Shown one piece after another: positions 13,709 to 26,242 of a stretch of DNA of 47,660 bases. The DNA is from Halocafeteria seosinensis. Its lineage: Eukaryota. Made by a program: the position numbers and the translations under genes. The stretch spans positions 62,001-109,660 of the forward strand of contig LVLI01000522.1 of NCBI GenBank assembly GCA_001687465.1, given 5' to 3'. The notes under the pieces were generated by a model, which was not told the origin of the DNA, ran no database searches, and was given only the letters and a program-made list of their open reading frames with translations. Position 1 is the first letter of the stretch. Each line of letters begins with the position of its first letter.

Positions 13709-16623
13709 ATGAATCGACGTCCGTCCTCGGTGGCTCGTTCCACCAATGGAAGTGCTCTTGTCCGGAATACGCAAGCGAAAGCGGCGGCTATAAAGGACAA
13801 TGCTAGTTGGAGGACTCCTTACACAAGGGTAAGTTCTTCACTAGTCGGTTTATACCGATAGTCTTGCGCTTTCAAAATTGCGAGCCCGGTAATGAGTTGC
13901 AGGCCGTGAAGAAGGTGCGCGACAGGATGAGGCAGTTAGGTGTTCAGCCTGTAGAGAATGCCGATACGCAGAACTTGGCCGCTAGCGGTCGGGGGCCATT
14001 CGGGGACGTGACCCCCGTGGGACTACCGAAAAGGAGTTTGGCTAAGGCTTCCGGAAGAGACGAACATTGCAATGGCTATCGAGAGCCAGAAGGCGTACCA
14101 CCATTGCTGCAATATATCCCTCCTGAGAGAGACCAGTGGTTAACCCGAGAGGGTATCAGGAAACAGGTTTCTCGGCTTGGACTACAGTTGAATAATATGG
14201 AGGTATCTGCTTTATTTCGCTCTCTTGATTCTGAAGGACGAGGGAGAGTCTCTCTATCTGAGCTACAACAGCAACTAGCTCCCTTGTTCGGCCAAGTTAG
14301 AAATAGTAACACCCGGCCTGCTACAGCGGGCAGTCGTTTACAAAGTTATGCGCCGCCTCAGGGGACTTTCGAGAGTACACAGCGAGTGGCTCAACAGAAT
14401 GTGCAACTCCCGGAAGCAAAGGATGCATCCTACTACAATGGAGATGAGCGAGGGACGCTCTCAGAGTTCCGTCGACGGCTTATAAGTAAACTCAAGTCTG
14501 CCCAATTAGGCCGCAGTAACCGACAGGAGCTTAATGCGACTGTGAGGGACGATCCCTTTATGCATACCAAAAGCTATGGGGATAAGTTCCATGAGCAGCA
14601 GCCCGAAGAAACGAAAGCGTGGGGAAGATATTCTCTTCATGACTTCAATAAGAACCGGGAGCTAGAAAGGCAGGCCCAGAAAAAGGAGCTTCAGACGACC
14701 CACTTTAATCCAGAAATTGTCAATGCGCTAGGGCTACAAGGAAACAAGGCTCCACCGGCTACCGGACGGCGTCCTCTTAGCGCTTCGAGTGCCTACAGGG
14801 ACAAAAAAAGCAACAAAAATCCCTTTTGTTTGTCCTTCAGGGATTTCTGTGTGTACGTTCGACGGGAGCTGGGGCTTCGGCTAACTCCCATTGCGCTCCG
14901 CAAGCTCTACGCTAGTTTTGATCCATATGGAGAAGGCTTTGTCAACTTGCTGGACGCCTTGCCTGGTGATATCGTCCAGCATGCTCAGAGAGGTCGATCC
15001 TCAAGACCTCCCTTACAGGCCTGGTCGACAGGAAGTGGGGAAAGCTTTGAGAGGCAAATACAGAAAGAGAACGGGTCCCGTAGACCCTCCAGTGCGAGTT
15101 CTAGTATGAAGGAAAGGCGTGAGCGAAGGAGTCACAGCACAAATGGAGCAGACAGGTTTGAGGAATCCCCATCTCAGCAGCGTCTGGAAGACTCCAGCGA
15201 AGGTCGACGACGCGAAGAGGCTGAACAAAAGGAACAACAACGCCGCCCCTCCACACCGCAAACACAGTCCACTCAGCGAAGTGGCAACGAAACACAACCT
15301 GAACGACGCTTTTCTCAGGGAGGAGCTGAAAACGGCGATGGGCGATCACAACAGCACATGAGCTGGACACAACGGTACAACGAACTGTACAATCAGCCTT
15401 CGCAACGTGCTGAGGAACCATTCTCTTTCCGGCAGAAAGAAGACAAGCAGCAATGGAGGAGAACTCAGCATCGTGCGGATACTCAACCTGCCGGACTTGG
15501 TACAGCTCAACTAAATTCAACGTCTTCGGTTTCGTCTATGTGGGGGACCACGCCTAACGATAAAGCACACAGACAACGCGTTAGGAATATCTCAACTACG
15601 ATTGCCAAGTTGTTTGATGAAGGAAAACTACCACAACCCCCAGCGACTCCAACAGGAGAGCAAGATATCAATACGGAGGATCCTAACGTACCCCCGAACA
15701 TCAGACGTGCAGTTATGCATGAAGCTGCAAAACGCAGGCAAGCCCGAGAAGAGGCGTATGAAGAAGCGAAGAATCTTGACAGTATATTGAAACATCGCAA
15801 TGAGGACTTTGAAAGGTATAAGCAGTCACACTTCGGAAATGTCGACATGAAGGACGCTACCAACCGTATACGCCAACAAGCACTCCGGTTTGAGGATCGA
15901 GTGCCACAGGAACAAGGTGAAACTGGACACGAAGATGAGAAAGACGAGCAGCAGGAAGCAGAGACTGCCTCGCATGCTTCGCGTCCTAACTCAGCCCAAA
16001 GCTCCATGTCGCGCCCCGCATCGAGGGATGAGGGACAAAGACGATGGATGGTGGTGTACGACTCGAATGGAAGACCCACGAAAAAGCGTGTGGACACCAC
16101 TGACTTTACTAATCCAAAGCTCTTAGGAGCCTTCACGAACCCACCAAAGCATAGCAACCGGCCGAGCTCCGCACCTACTGGATGTCATCATCACCATCAT
16201 AGTATCGGGAATACTATGAACAAAGCTGCTAACTTGTCTCGAACTCTGCAGATTCAAGGATTTGGTCTACAGAATGGACAAGAGGGGGCACAACAATACA
16301 AGCTGCCAGAACACACGCAGGTGAAGGGCCTCGAAACTGGGGACGTACGTGCTACTGAGTATCCTGAAGTACTGAGTTCTCATCATCAGCGAGCTTCAAG
16401 GCGACAACAAAACAAAAAGCAACAACAACTACGGGAGGAAGCCGAAAACAGGCTGAGGAATACCCACTCTGTCTTCCGCAACACGTTGCGGGAAGCTATG
16501 CGTACGGACCAGTCGGAAGCAAGTTCGTACGCCGTTAGTAGTGCCTCCGAAGAGCCATATACGGACATCCCACAAGCCCAAAGGCGTGTTAGGGTAGCAA
16601 AACATATGGGTAGAAAGCAATAA
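13709..16623 (+). CDS. Uncharacterised ~946-aa protein with two EF-hand-like motifs and long Q/R/S/E-rich disordered regions
   Basis: Exon 13709-13828, intron 13829-13902 (GTAAGT...TGCAG), exon 13903-16623. EF-hand-like LFRSLDSEGRGRVSLSEL and LYASFDPYGEGFVNLLD; recurring RPxS/TA motifs. Start codon uncertain. Confidence 0.75.
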
Positions 16624-16666
16624 ACACACCCTTAGTGTGTATTTTTCCGGATGCGAATGTGTACTT

Positions 16667-19600
16667 CTAAAGGAAGTCAGCGATCTTTACCGGGCGTCTC
16701 ACTGCCTGCGTGAAGCCCTCTTGAAACTGGAAATACACAGGATACCTGCGCGCCAGAACAAATAGACAGCTTCGCAAAACTCTTCCAAGGGTACCTTGAT
16801 AGGACTAATCATGACGTACCTATTTCTTGGTCGGGTACGATGTTGCGAGCGAGCTCGCTTTTGACCGCCAACCTTCGCCCACTTTCCGACAGAGACGTAT
16901 TTGCCTGCTGGGGAATTCATGCTCTCTTCATTCTCGCTATCCCTCCGCGACTTCGTCTTCTTCCCTTGGGAAGGAGAAAAGAGGCTTCTGTCATTGGGTT
17001 GACTGGCTCCACTCTGACAAGATGTGTCGGTTTCCTCGTGTCTTTGTGCGCGCCCGCGCTGAATTTGTTGGATAACGTGGCTTGGAAGCGCACCCTCGCG
17101 TCTACCAGCGGGATTTTCGGTTTCAGAGGTGTCAGCCAATGCGTCACCCGCTGTGTGATCAGCCCTACGAATGTGATACAGTTTCACCTGTGGTGCGGAT
17201 TGTGGTGGAGATAGTACGGGAACATAAGTTACCTGTTGACATAGCAATAGAAACCATACCTCGCGCGCGATCATTTGCCTAAGCACATCGTGCAATCTCT
17301 TCCGAGAATGGTGTGCGTAGGGATCATAATCCCCGAATTCGAGCAACTTATGCACCTCGCTGCGGGAGTACAACGCCAAAAGCAAATATAATAGAAACAC
17401 TGCAGTGAACATCTAGAAGCGGACATACGGAGTTAGTTCGTAGAATCGATCACTCTGGCCTTGTTCCCCTTGGTTTCCTGCTCTACCCGAAAATGTGCAG
17501 CCATATGAAACCAACGTGTCGACTAGGGCCTGAGCTTGCTTCTTCTCGCGGCTGTTATATAAATTGAAACCAACTGGCCGTAGGGGTGGATTGACTAGTG
17601 ACACAAAATATGGAATGAAGTCAATGACACAGCTTCTTGTGTCTGCCGAAGAAGTCGGTCCCATCCCTTGCAGCAAACTTCTCAATATTGACATCTTCTT
17701 TTCCTGCAGAGTGGAAAAGGCGCTCTGGGCTCGAGGATATTCCAGACGAAATTTCATATCCGATTTGCACAGTCTCGATAACGCTACTCCAACAGTGGGT
17801 ACATAGCGGTACATCAAAAACTGTTGTTGTGCAGCTGCTCTTTCTACGCACTGTGTCCCATAACACATCCAGTCCGCGGATGCGACAGCTTGTTGTCTGC
17901 AACCCAGGGTAAAATGTTTTGCAATTACGCTCTTGTAACAGAGCGAGACAGAGTTGAACTTACAAGAAGGAGCCATGAGTACGACATTTCAAATAATTTT
18001 CATGCATACCATTAAGCATCAAACGACTGTCCATGGAGAGATTTTGGAGAAGTTGATGAAGCTCTGATGCGGGAGAAATCTTACTCCCAACTGTACGTTT
18101 CGACTTCGATTCGCTTCGTGAGCGGAAAAAGATCTTGTCCCAGGCATCGAACATTCCAGATTTAACATCCTTTTGACCAACTCGAAAGCGAGTAATGCTG
18201 TCTGCAGTAATGCGGGTCGCGTCACTCTTTTGCCTGCAGTCATCCTCAACAGAGTGAGACACCAAATAAACACAGCTAACTACCCACAATCTGTGGTACA
18301 TACGTCATGAATTGCAGTGTGTGCAAACAGCTCCGAATATCTAAGTCAGTTTGCGTCGCTAATTCATATAGCCCATCCTCACTGACATTCATTTTTTCCT
18401 TCCGACAGATTTGCTTAAGCCTGTCTACGACGCTAGCCACGGGTGGACTGTAGAACTGGACAACTTGAGCTACCTGTCTCAACTCGCGCAACGCAGGAGA
18501 GTAGAGGTCATTACAGATACAAATAAGCGGTCTTGTCAGATGCTGAGGTTTTTTCTTTTTCTTCTTTTGATCCTTGTCGGCGTCCGTCTTTTCTGCAGCG
18601 GACTCGCTGCTGGGAGGGGCAGGAGTGGCTCGGATCATCTTCAGAAGCTCCTGGATTCCTCCCTGTGCACCACCTTCGATACCATCGACTTCATCGAGAA
18701 TCAGAAGCACTGGCTTCTTCGATCCAAATATGGTATGCATCTGCATTGCGTCAATCAGACGATCATGAAGTTTCTTGCTGCTTCTGTCGTCACTAGCATT
18801 TATTTCCATTGGCTTATAGCCAGCTGCTTTGGCAGCAATGTGTGCCAAAGTAGTTTTTCCTGTACCAGGGGATCCGGCGAACAAAAGGACACGCGCGTTA
18901 GGATTCCATCCGTAAGGGAATGTAGAAACGTTGCTGCGAGTTGTACTCTCACTACCATTTTCATTACTGGATTTAGGAGGGTTTCTGCTTTGGTTAGACG
19001 GATTTATCTGTTTTGAGCCTTGTGCACCCGTTTTTTTCCCCGAGGAATCAAACAGCTGATGGAATTTAGAATTCGATTTGTTGGAGTTGGAACTGAATAC
19101 TCTCTTGTCCCAAAGTTTAATCCATTTGAGGACACTACGATTGATTGTTTCGTCACTTAATAGGTGTAGATAGGAACTTGGAGCATACTTGTCGACCCAC
19201 ATTGCTCCGGAGGATTTTTTACTTCTGGTAGTCTGTTTTGTCTCTAATTCCCGTTTCCGCCGAGCAGCATTTTCCTCAACCTGCTTTTTCTTGATCCTTT
19301 CCAGCATATCGGTAATGCGCTCATCTAGCATTTCGCGTGGGGCCACATCTGAATCTTTGCTTTCAGAATCTTCAGCGGTCTCCTCGCTTCTTGCATATAG
19401 TAATTGCCCATCGGAGAGTTTTACAGATACCGATTCTTCGATACCCCATTCAGGCCGGTTCTTCAGCCATGGCTCTGGCAAGGTATTTTGCTCTGTTACC
19501 GTCTCGACCTCCAGCTCCTCTAGATCCCAATCATCCACGTTCTTCTTTTCAGTAGAGCTTGTCTGCACTGTTGTGTGCTCTACGTGGACTGTCTCCTTGG

Positions 19601-20299
19601 TCATCGTTACGTCCTGCCAATCAGCTTCACTGGAATACAAAGAAGTCGGAGCACATGACTTGCTTTGCATCACAACACGAGGTATATCTCCTGTACTTAC
19701 CGTTCCCTGTGATTAGTCTCCGATTCAGCAATGTCATTGTCTGTTATGATAGCCATCTCCGTGTCTTCTTCCATTGCAGTCTCAAGTTCCTGTCGCTGTG
19801 AGTCGGCGCCTTTCCTTAAAGCCGGATCAATGTTTTCTTCTCCTTCCGGACTTGCCAGATCTGTGCGCAAAGTACTGCTGGGAGCTTTGGAGTGAGAACC
19901 GTCATTTTTTTCATGCTCTTTGCACCTTGACTCTAGAGGGCGCGCGTGAGGACTCGACTCCAGGCGTTGCTCTGGGTGTTGAGACTGAGACTGCGATACT
20001 CCTTCTTCTAGTTCGCGTCTAAGCCGCTCCATTTCCCCTTCCATATCTTCGTAATTGTGGCTCTGGGACAATTCATCGTCGATTTGATCCAACAAAGCGT
20101 CATCGTCGTCCCAGGTCCCATAATCGTCGATATCTGCGCGTTCATGTTTGAATCGGCTCTTCTCAGAAAGTCCAATATCTTGCTCCATGAAGTCTCCATG
20201 TCTCACACGCGCTTGCAGACGTGGGGTCTCTCCATTTTCTATTCCTTGGGGAGTCTCCTCGCCGTCAAATTCACTGAGAAAGTCGTTGTAGGAGTCCAT
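16667..20299 (-). CDS. CTF18: Chromosome transmission fidelity protein 18 (alternative RFC clamp-loader large subunit), ~1069 aa, 7 exons
   Basis: WVDKYAPSSYLHLLSD, Walker A GSPGTGKTT, EINASDDRS, Walker B LILDEVDG, RPLICICNDLYSPALR, and C-terminal YFQFQEGFTQAVRRPVKIADFL*. Introns 19630-19700, 18234-18303, 17897-17963, 17360-17428, 17188-17259, 16746-16819. Confidence 0.95.
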
Positions 20300-20875
20300 T
20301 TTCCTGGCAATTTGTTTGAATTCACAGTCTCCAATTCAAATGCGAGCGTCAATTGGACATGCGTTTTACTGCTGTTTCCTTCTTGACAATGATATTCCGG
20401 CATCTGTATATTCATGATACGACATGTTCGCTTCATATACAAACAAAATTACAGGAAAAGAGTCCCTACAAAAGAGGATACACCGTGTATATTTCTGCTT
20501 TCCTAGACTGAAGCAAATGATTGTTTGGTTGCTATGATTTGAATTGTCGACGAAGCACTTGGTCTACCAAGTTAGGAAGCGTACTAGAAATCCTATGCAG
20601 AGAGCCTGAAATGCTCCAAAACCCAGGATTTATTCAGGTATACATTATCTGTTCTTAAAATCTACCTGGCTTTCGTGCTCGAATCCTGCGTTTAGCTTCG
20701 TACAGCCATCGTAGAAGTGGTACAACGCGAAGCAAATAATGGACTACGGACACACTGACGAACTTTTTGGCGTATTAGCACACCTTCATACACCGATTAG
20801 GCGATATGTGCGGTGTTGGCCCGTGCAGGTTCATTGGTGCCTGCTGTAGAATTCCATGGCCAAGGAACAGCTTCC

Positions 20876-23800
20876 TCATTCCTCGTCACTGGAGCTGGTC
20901 TCTCCCCATCCCGGCGCGGGCACCACCTTGGGGACCGATTTCTTTTTGGTAACCTCTTCTTTAGAATCAGTCGAAGTACTGGCGCTGCTTGGTCGTTGCT
21001 GGGCTGGCTCTCCGCTCTTTTCTTCGTGCACTGTATTTGGATATCCGTTCTCTCCCTCTTCCTCCTCTGCTTTGAGTTTGGCTAACCGTTCTTGGAGCCT
21101 TTTCTTCTTTTTCTGCCGAATTGCTGCTCTTCTTTCGGCTGCTTTCTTCGCTTCCTCTTGCGGACTGTATGCGTTTTTCGGGTTCTTGTCATCTGCAGCC
21201 TCCTCATCCCCTTCTTTCTTTTCAGCTTGTTCTTTCTCCATCGCAGCTACGTACTCAGCAGCCAATTTCTGCTGCTCAAGTTGCATCTGAAACGGTTCGT
21301 CTTCGAACTTGCTACGAATGAGCTGCTGACGGCTCTTGCACTCTGGTAGCGTCTTGCATGCTTTTCTTTTCATCTTTTCGAAGCGCTCCTTCTCTGTTTC
21401 ATCTAACGTTTCCGGCCGCGCCAGTTTTCTTGCAGCCGCGTTCTTCCTCAAAAGATGGAGATGTCGCCGTCGTCGAAACAGAAGGAAAAGTATTCCAGCC
21501 ACAAAAAACGAAATAAATGCCACACCGAAACCCATTCCAGGAAGAAGGTTGTCAATAAGATTATTTTGTCTGTCGATGTACGATTTCCAACTGGAGGCAT
21601 CATCTTCGCTTACTTGCCTTTTCTCCTCCCTGATATAAAGCATTCCCAGGGTCGGTTGGAGGGTAGCATACCACCGACTTGGACCCCAGAACAGATACTC
21701 CGCATAACGAAACCGCCCCTCGACAGCTTGTCCGAAGCGAGGATCTATATCCAGGTAAGAATCAAGTTCTTCTGTATCGGGCTTTGCTTGACCCGTCCAA
21801 TCGTAGTCCCGTAGCCGAGCTTGAGCACCACATCTATGAAGGTAAGGTTGAGAAATTTTCAACGGTATGTTGCTTCGTTTGTTATCAGCTTTGGTTGGTA
21901 GAGTGTGTAATGACCTTGTACAGCCAAACTCATCTATCTGGTCTGAATCGAATGACGGGAAGCCCTCGTCCATGCTAGTTAATTCATATCTCCACAATGT
22001 GAGTCCCCCGGGACCTGTCACTGTGTTGCCACTGAAGTCGAAACGAGCAGTCCGTTCAACTATTTTCTCCCAAACTTCTATAAACGGCGGAGGTTCTGAC
22101 GTCTGCAGTTGTCTCTCTAGTCTCGGAGCAATTTGAAACCGCGTGTGGCTTCCACCTACAGAAGAAAGCTGGTCCCATAACTCGAGTTCCGATTTCCCGT
22201 TTCGTCGAACAAGTTGATCTCTCCGTGACGAGTCTTCAAGGCCTAATGTAACGGCGTCCCTAGCTATCTTGCTTCCCTTATCACGTTTCCATTTATCTAC
22301 GTCATCGTCATTCGGGGGGCCTGCAGCTGGATACTGTTTGTCGAAAAGAAATTTGTATAGGTTGTCCGTTAGCCCTTCCTCAAGGAGCTTTTGAGGCGTA
22401 GTCTGCAAGAATGGACCAGAGAAACGCACGGTTTCCGAAACAACTGTTGACTTTGAAAGAGATGCGCGGAACACGAAGCGCCTGTTAAATATGTACTCTC
22501 GAGCTAAGATGTCAAACCACCAAGCCAAATCGAGGATCTGGAGGCAATGCATTTTTACTCCACGGAAGTTAATCTTCTCGCTATCATCAAGCTGCGGTCC
22601 GTTCCATCGTCCAAACTCTGCACATGCATCATTAGTTTGGTCGGCACTAAACTGACGAATGGCTGCATCATAATCCATTATCGCTTCTTCTTTCTTGGCG
22701 ATAAACCGCGAGCGCTCCGTGCTACTACCAGTCCTTTGAATCCAATGCGTCATGTTTCTCTTACGAATCAGCGCATCCTCAAGCTTGATATAAGAATTAG
22801 ATCTTCGAATACTGACATTCAGCGTACGAGCTGCTGCCCAAAAGTCACTGATAAGGTCCACTCTACCACCTCGCATTTCCTGATTTCCCCAAAACACGCG
22901 TGAAATTCGCTCTGCCCCTTCGATCTGAAGCGGTGCATGAGCCAACGGTTCACCACTAGTAAACGTCTCAAGGATAAACTTCATTTGCGTACTGTTAAAT
23001 TTACTTTCGAAGTTGATCAATGGCGTGGTATCGCTGATAGCGCTTGGGTCCCCGGATTGATATCGACTTAGCGCACAAGAGGCCTCCAACGGCATAAGAG
23101 GAAGGCTATTCGTGGGGATTCCCTGGATAGCACGGGAATTTAGGAAGGGGTTATCGACAAAACTACCTCCCCAGTTTCTCCCAGATGCCACCCGAGGGCA
23201 TTCATTTCTTGCAGTCATTCCGGCTGTTTCCAGCAGCTCGTTAATCGCTGCATCTTCTCGTTCCTCTTCGAGCTTGAAAAATACAAACCCAGTGACAACC
23301 CCGTTGCCCAACTGAGCTGGGAGCACGTGAGACCACTCGTTCTCATCAAGCAACCGGTGTGTCTGGCCTTCGATAGTATACTGCTCCTCATACAGCAGCT
23401 CGGCAATGGTAACCTCCATTTCGTGTGCTTGACTGGCGGTTACTGGTTGCCCCACTTTGAAGAATTCTGCAACCCATTTTATGAATTGCTCCAATTGTCC
23501 GATGGCAACAGTCTCCGTTACTTCAGTTCCCCATCGCGGATCATTTGCGCGAATAAGTGGTTCCCATTGATTGCGGTAGTAGTTTTCTATCACCGGGACG
23601 TTTAGCGAGTCGCTCTCTTCCCAAGCCAAAGCTGCTTCTACAATGCGCCCCCAGCCCTCAAAGCTGAAACACGATATACCCGCCGAGGGGTCCCAAATCA
23701 CCTTGGCCACCTCGGGATGAATGGGATTTTCCCTTACGATCTGTCTAGTAGACGGGAACAGTACCATAAATCTGGTTTTTTCTGCAACTGGTGCATCGGC

Positions 23801-24862
23801 CTCCCGCCACCGTTCTATCATTTCATCCCTATCTCTTCCATACGTGCTTTCAATGTTCTCCAGCATTCTTTCCATCGCAAATGTTCCAATGAAACGCTTT
23901 ATAAAAATCGGGCCTTCTACTTGAAACTCTTTTAGTGCTTGTGCCGCAAACATAGGCACTGCCCCATCCTCGAATTGGAGTACCTCTTCGTTTCTGCGGC
24001 AGTTGAGGACAACGGTGTAGCTATTAGCGAGCATTCAGGCAGACAGAAAACGGACCTTTTCATTATTCCCTCTATTTCCCGGAAAGCAGTGTTGGGGACT
24101 GTCATTTCGCGAGTTGCGTACTCACCGGATCTCACGAGTCGACCATCGCTATGCCTCCGGGCAGTCATTCGAGTTTTGAACTCTACGATATCATCAAAAT
24201 CCTTCACCTGCACGTCCTCAAACTGTAGCAACGAGAGGACCTGCATGTTATCAGAAACTGACCTAGAGGTAAATGGCTACGTACATTTGTCGTTTCCGTA
24301 TACGTGATTTTGTCCAGTACTTTAGGGACTGCTTTTTCGCCCCTAAACACACCCTCTAAGTTCTCGATAGATACCAGTTGGTAGTCGACTGCAGAGAATT
24401 TTGTAGTCAGGCTTAATTGGGCGAGGCGAATACCACTTACAACAACGTACCATCAATTTCAAGTTTGTTAGTCTCTTTAAATGCATCTGCTGTGGGAACG
24501 TCCCCTCGGTAGAATCGACTCTCTATAGTGTTCTGTGTGCTCACTTCCGTAGAAGTGGGCCCCGTGATCCCGATGAGGAAAAATACGGCGGCAATACCAA
24601 GGAAGATTGCAGCGAAAATCGCGTAAAACTTCCGTAAATTAAAATGCTTTTCCAGGAAATTTTCAATTGGAGAGAGACATCCAAAGATAAGGTTACCTGT
24701 TGAATGTGCACAGGAAGCAGCCGTGTCTTTCCAAGTCGGTACTTTCACCTGCGAACTCTTGTACACGTTCTCCGGTGCTACCTGCCCTGTCTTCCTTCTG
24801 TCCTGTAGCTTCTTCTTAGCCTGATTCACTTTTGACTTAGTAGGCGGTAGGTGTGGAGGCAT
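20876..24862 (-). CDS. Large CD36/LIMP-2/scavenger receptor class B family membrane protein (~1272 aa, 4 exons)
   Basis: One TM helix near each end (FYAIFAAIFLGIAAVFFLIGI; GMGFGVAFISFFVAGILFLLF then RRRR). CD36-like motifs in the ectodomain: MTVPN, IEVWEKIVERTARFDF...GLTLWRYEL, IPLKISQPYL...PDTEELDSYLDIDPRFG. Introns 24389-24450, 24241-24284, 23994-24055. Confidence 0.72.
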
Positions 24863-25298
24863 CGTAATCCCAGGGGTCTAATGACGCATGCTCCCCGTGT
24901 CAACAACGTCCATACACCCCAGTGTTTAATGCTCAGATCCCTACACTCCTACAGCACTATTGTCAATGCGGAAATGTTTTCGACTCAATATGGTTCCTTC
25001 GATACATAATAATGACAGCATACAGTGAATGATAACGCCGCGGCAGCCGCCGTGCTGAATGGAGGTAAACCGTTGGGCCGGGAAGTCCTCGAGAACTTCA
25101 AGCGGGTTCTCGCTACGGGACTTCTGACAACGCGGAGTCACCTTCAGGAACCCATGGTATTGTGGAGCATGGTAGCACTACTGGGAGGGAGGAGTGAAGT
25201 GTATGTACTAAGTGTGAGGGATACGGCGAGGCAAGTGTCGTCGGACTTAGAGGTGGACAATGGAGTTTCACGGAAGTACCTGAAGATCGCTTGGAATT

Positions 25299-26221
25299 AT
25301 GATTGGCGTCTTTTGTCAGACAAGAACTCTTGGTGCTTATAAGACGCCTTCATTGATACGAAGATACGCAAATGTTAGCCAGAAGTGGAGGGTCCCCGGA
25401 AAGAGGGCGTTTCGACAACATGCAAACCCTCTGTCCCTGAGGTTCACGAAGCCCATTGAGCCACTGCCGTGGGACGAGATTTACAGTTCTCCGAAGAAGC
25501 CATTCCATTTGGACATCGGGTACGTGTTGGGTTGGTGTGTTTTCTGGACTGGACCGTTGTTGTGAGCGGAACGAATTTCGCAGGTGTGCTAGTGGGGAGA
25601 CTGTCTGCGAACTAGCTCTTCAAAACCCCGAGTGGAATTACCTCGGCGTTGATGTTCGCCAAACCGTGATTCAGAGTGCGAAAAGGAATAGGGAAAAGGT
25701 TCCCTACTCAAATGTGTACTTCTTGAACGCCAATTTACAGTATAATGCAAACAGCATTCTGGGTACATTGCCTGGTCCACTAAGTGTTGTAACAATGTTT
25801 CATCCGGATCCCTGGTTCAAGAAGAGACACAGGAAACGAAGGTATAGCGGCAAATTGTACAACTATTAGGCATTGCATGGAAGGAAAGACTATTCCTTTT
25901 TGGTTTGGTGCAGATTGATTACGGCAGAGTTTCTTAACCTCTTGTGTCATTACGTTTCGAGTGGAGCGAAGGTACACATTCAGACAGATGTACCGGAACT
26001 GTACGAAGATATATGTGATCAAATCTCCAAAGCCACATCGAAGCTGAAGCGGCATGAAGAACCGTCGAGGAACCCATTTGGTGTTCGGTACGCATATTGA
26101 GGTATTCTGCTGGCTCCTCTCCTTCTGACTTTCGTTGGTGGCTACACGCAGAACGCCGAGGGAAGAGTATTGTATTAACAAGGGGATGGACATTTACAGG
26201 GTGCTACTAGAGTATGAATAG
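25299..26221 (+). CDS. trmB: tRNA (guanine-N7)-methyltransferase, bacterial/plastid type, with N-terminal extension (~240 aa)
   Basis: RQHANPL, HLDIGCASG, NYLGVDVR, FHPDPWFKKRHRKRR, IQTDV, TPRE. Introns 25520-25583, 25842-25913, 26088-26151. Confidence 0.92.
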
Positions 26222-26242
26222 CATTGGCTCTAGAGTCAGAAA

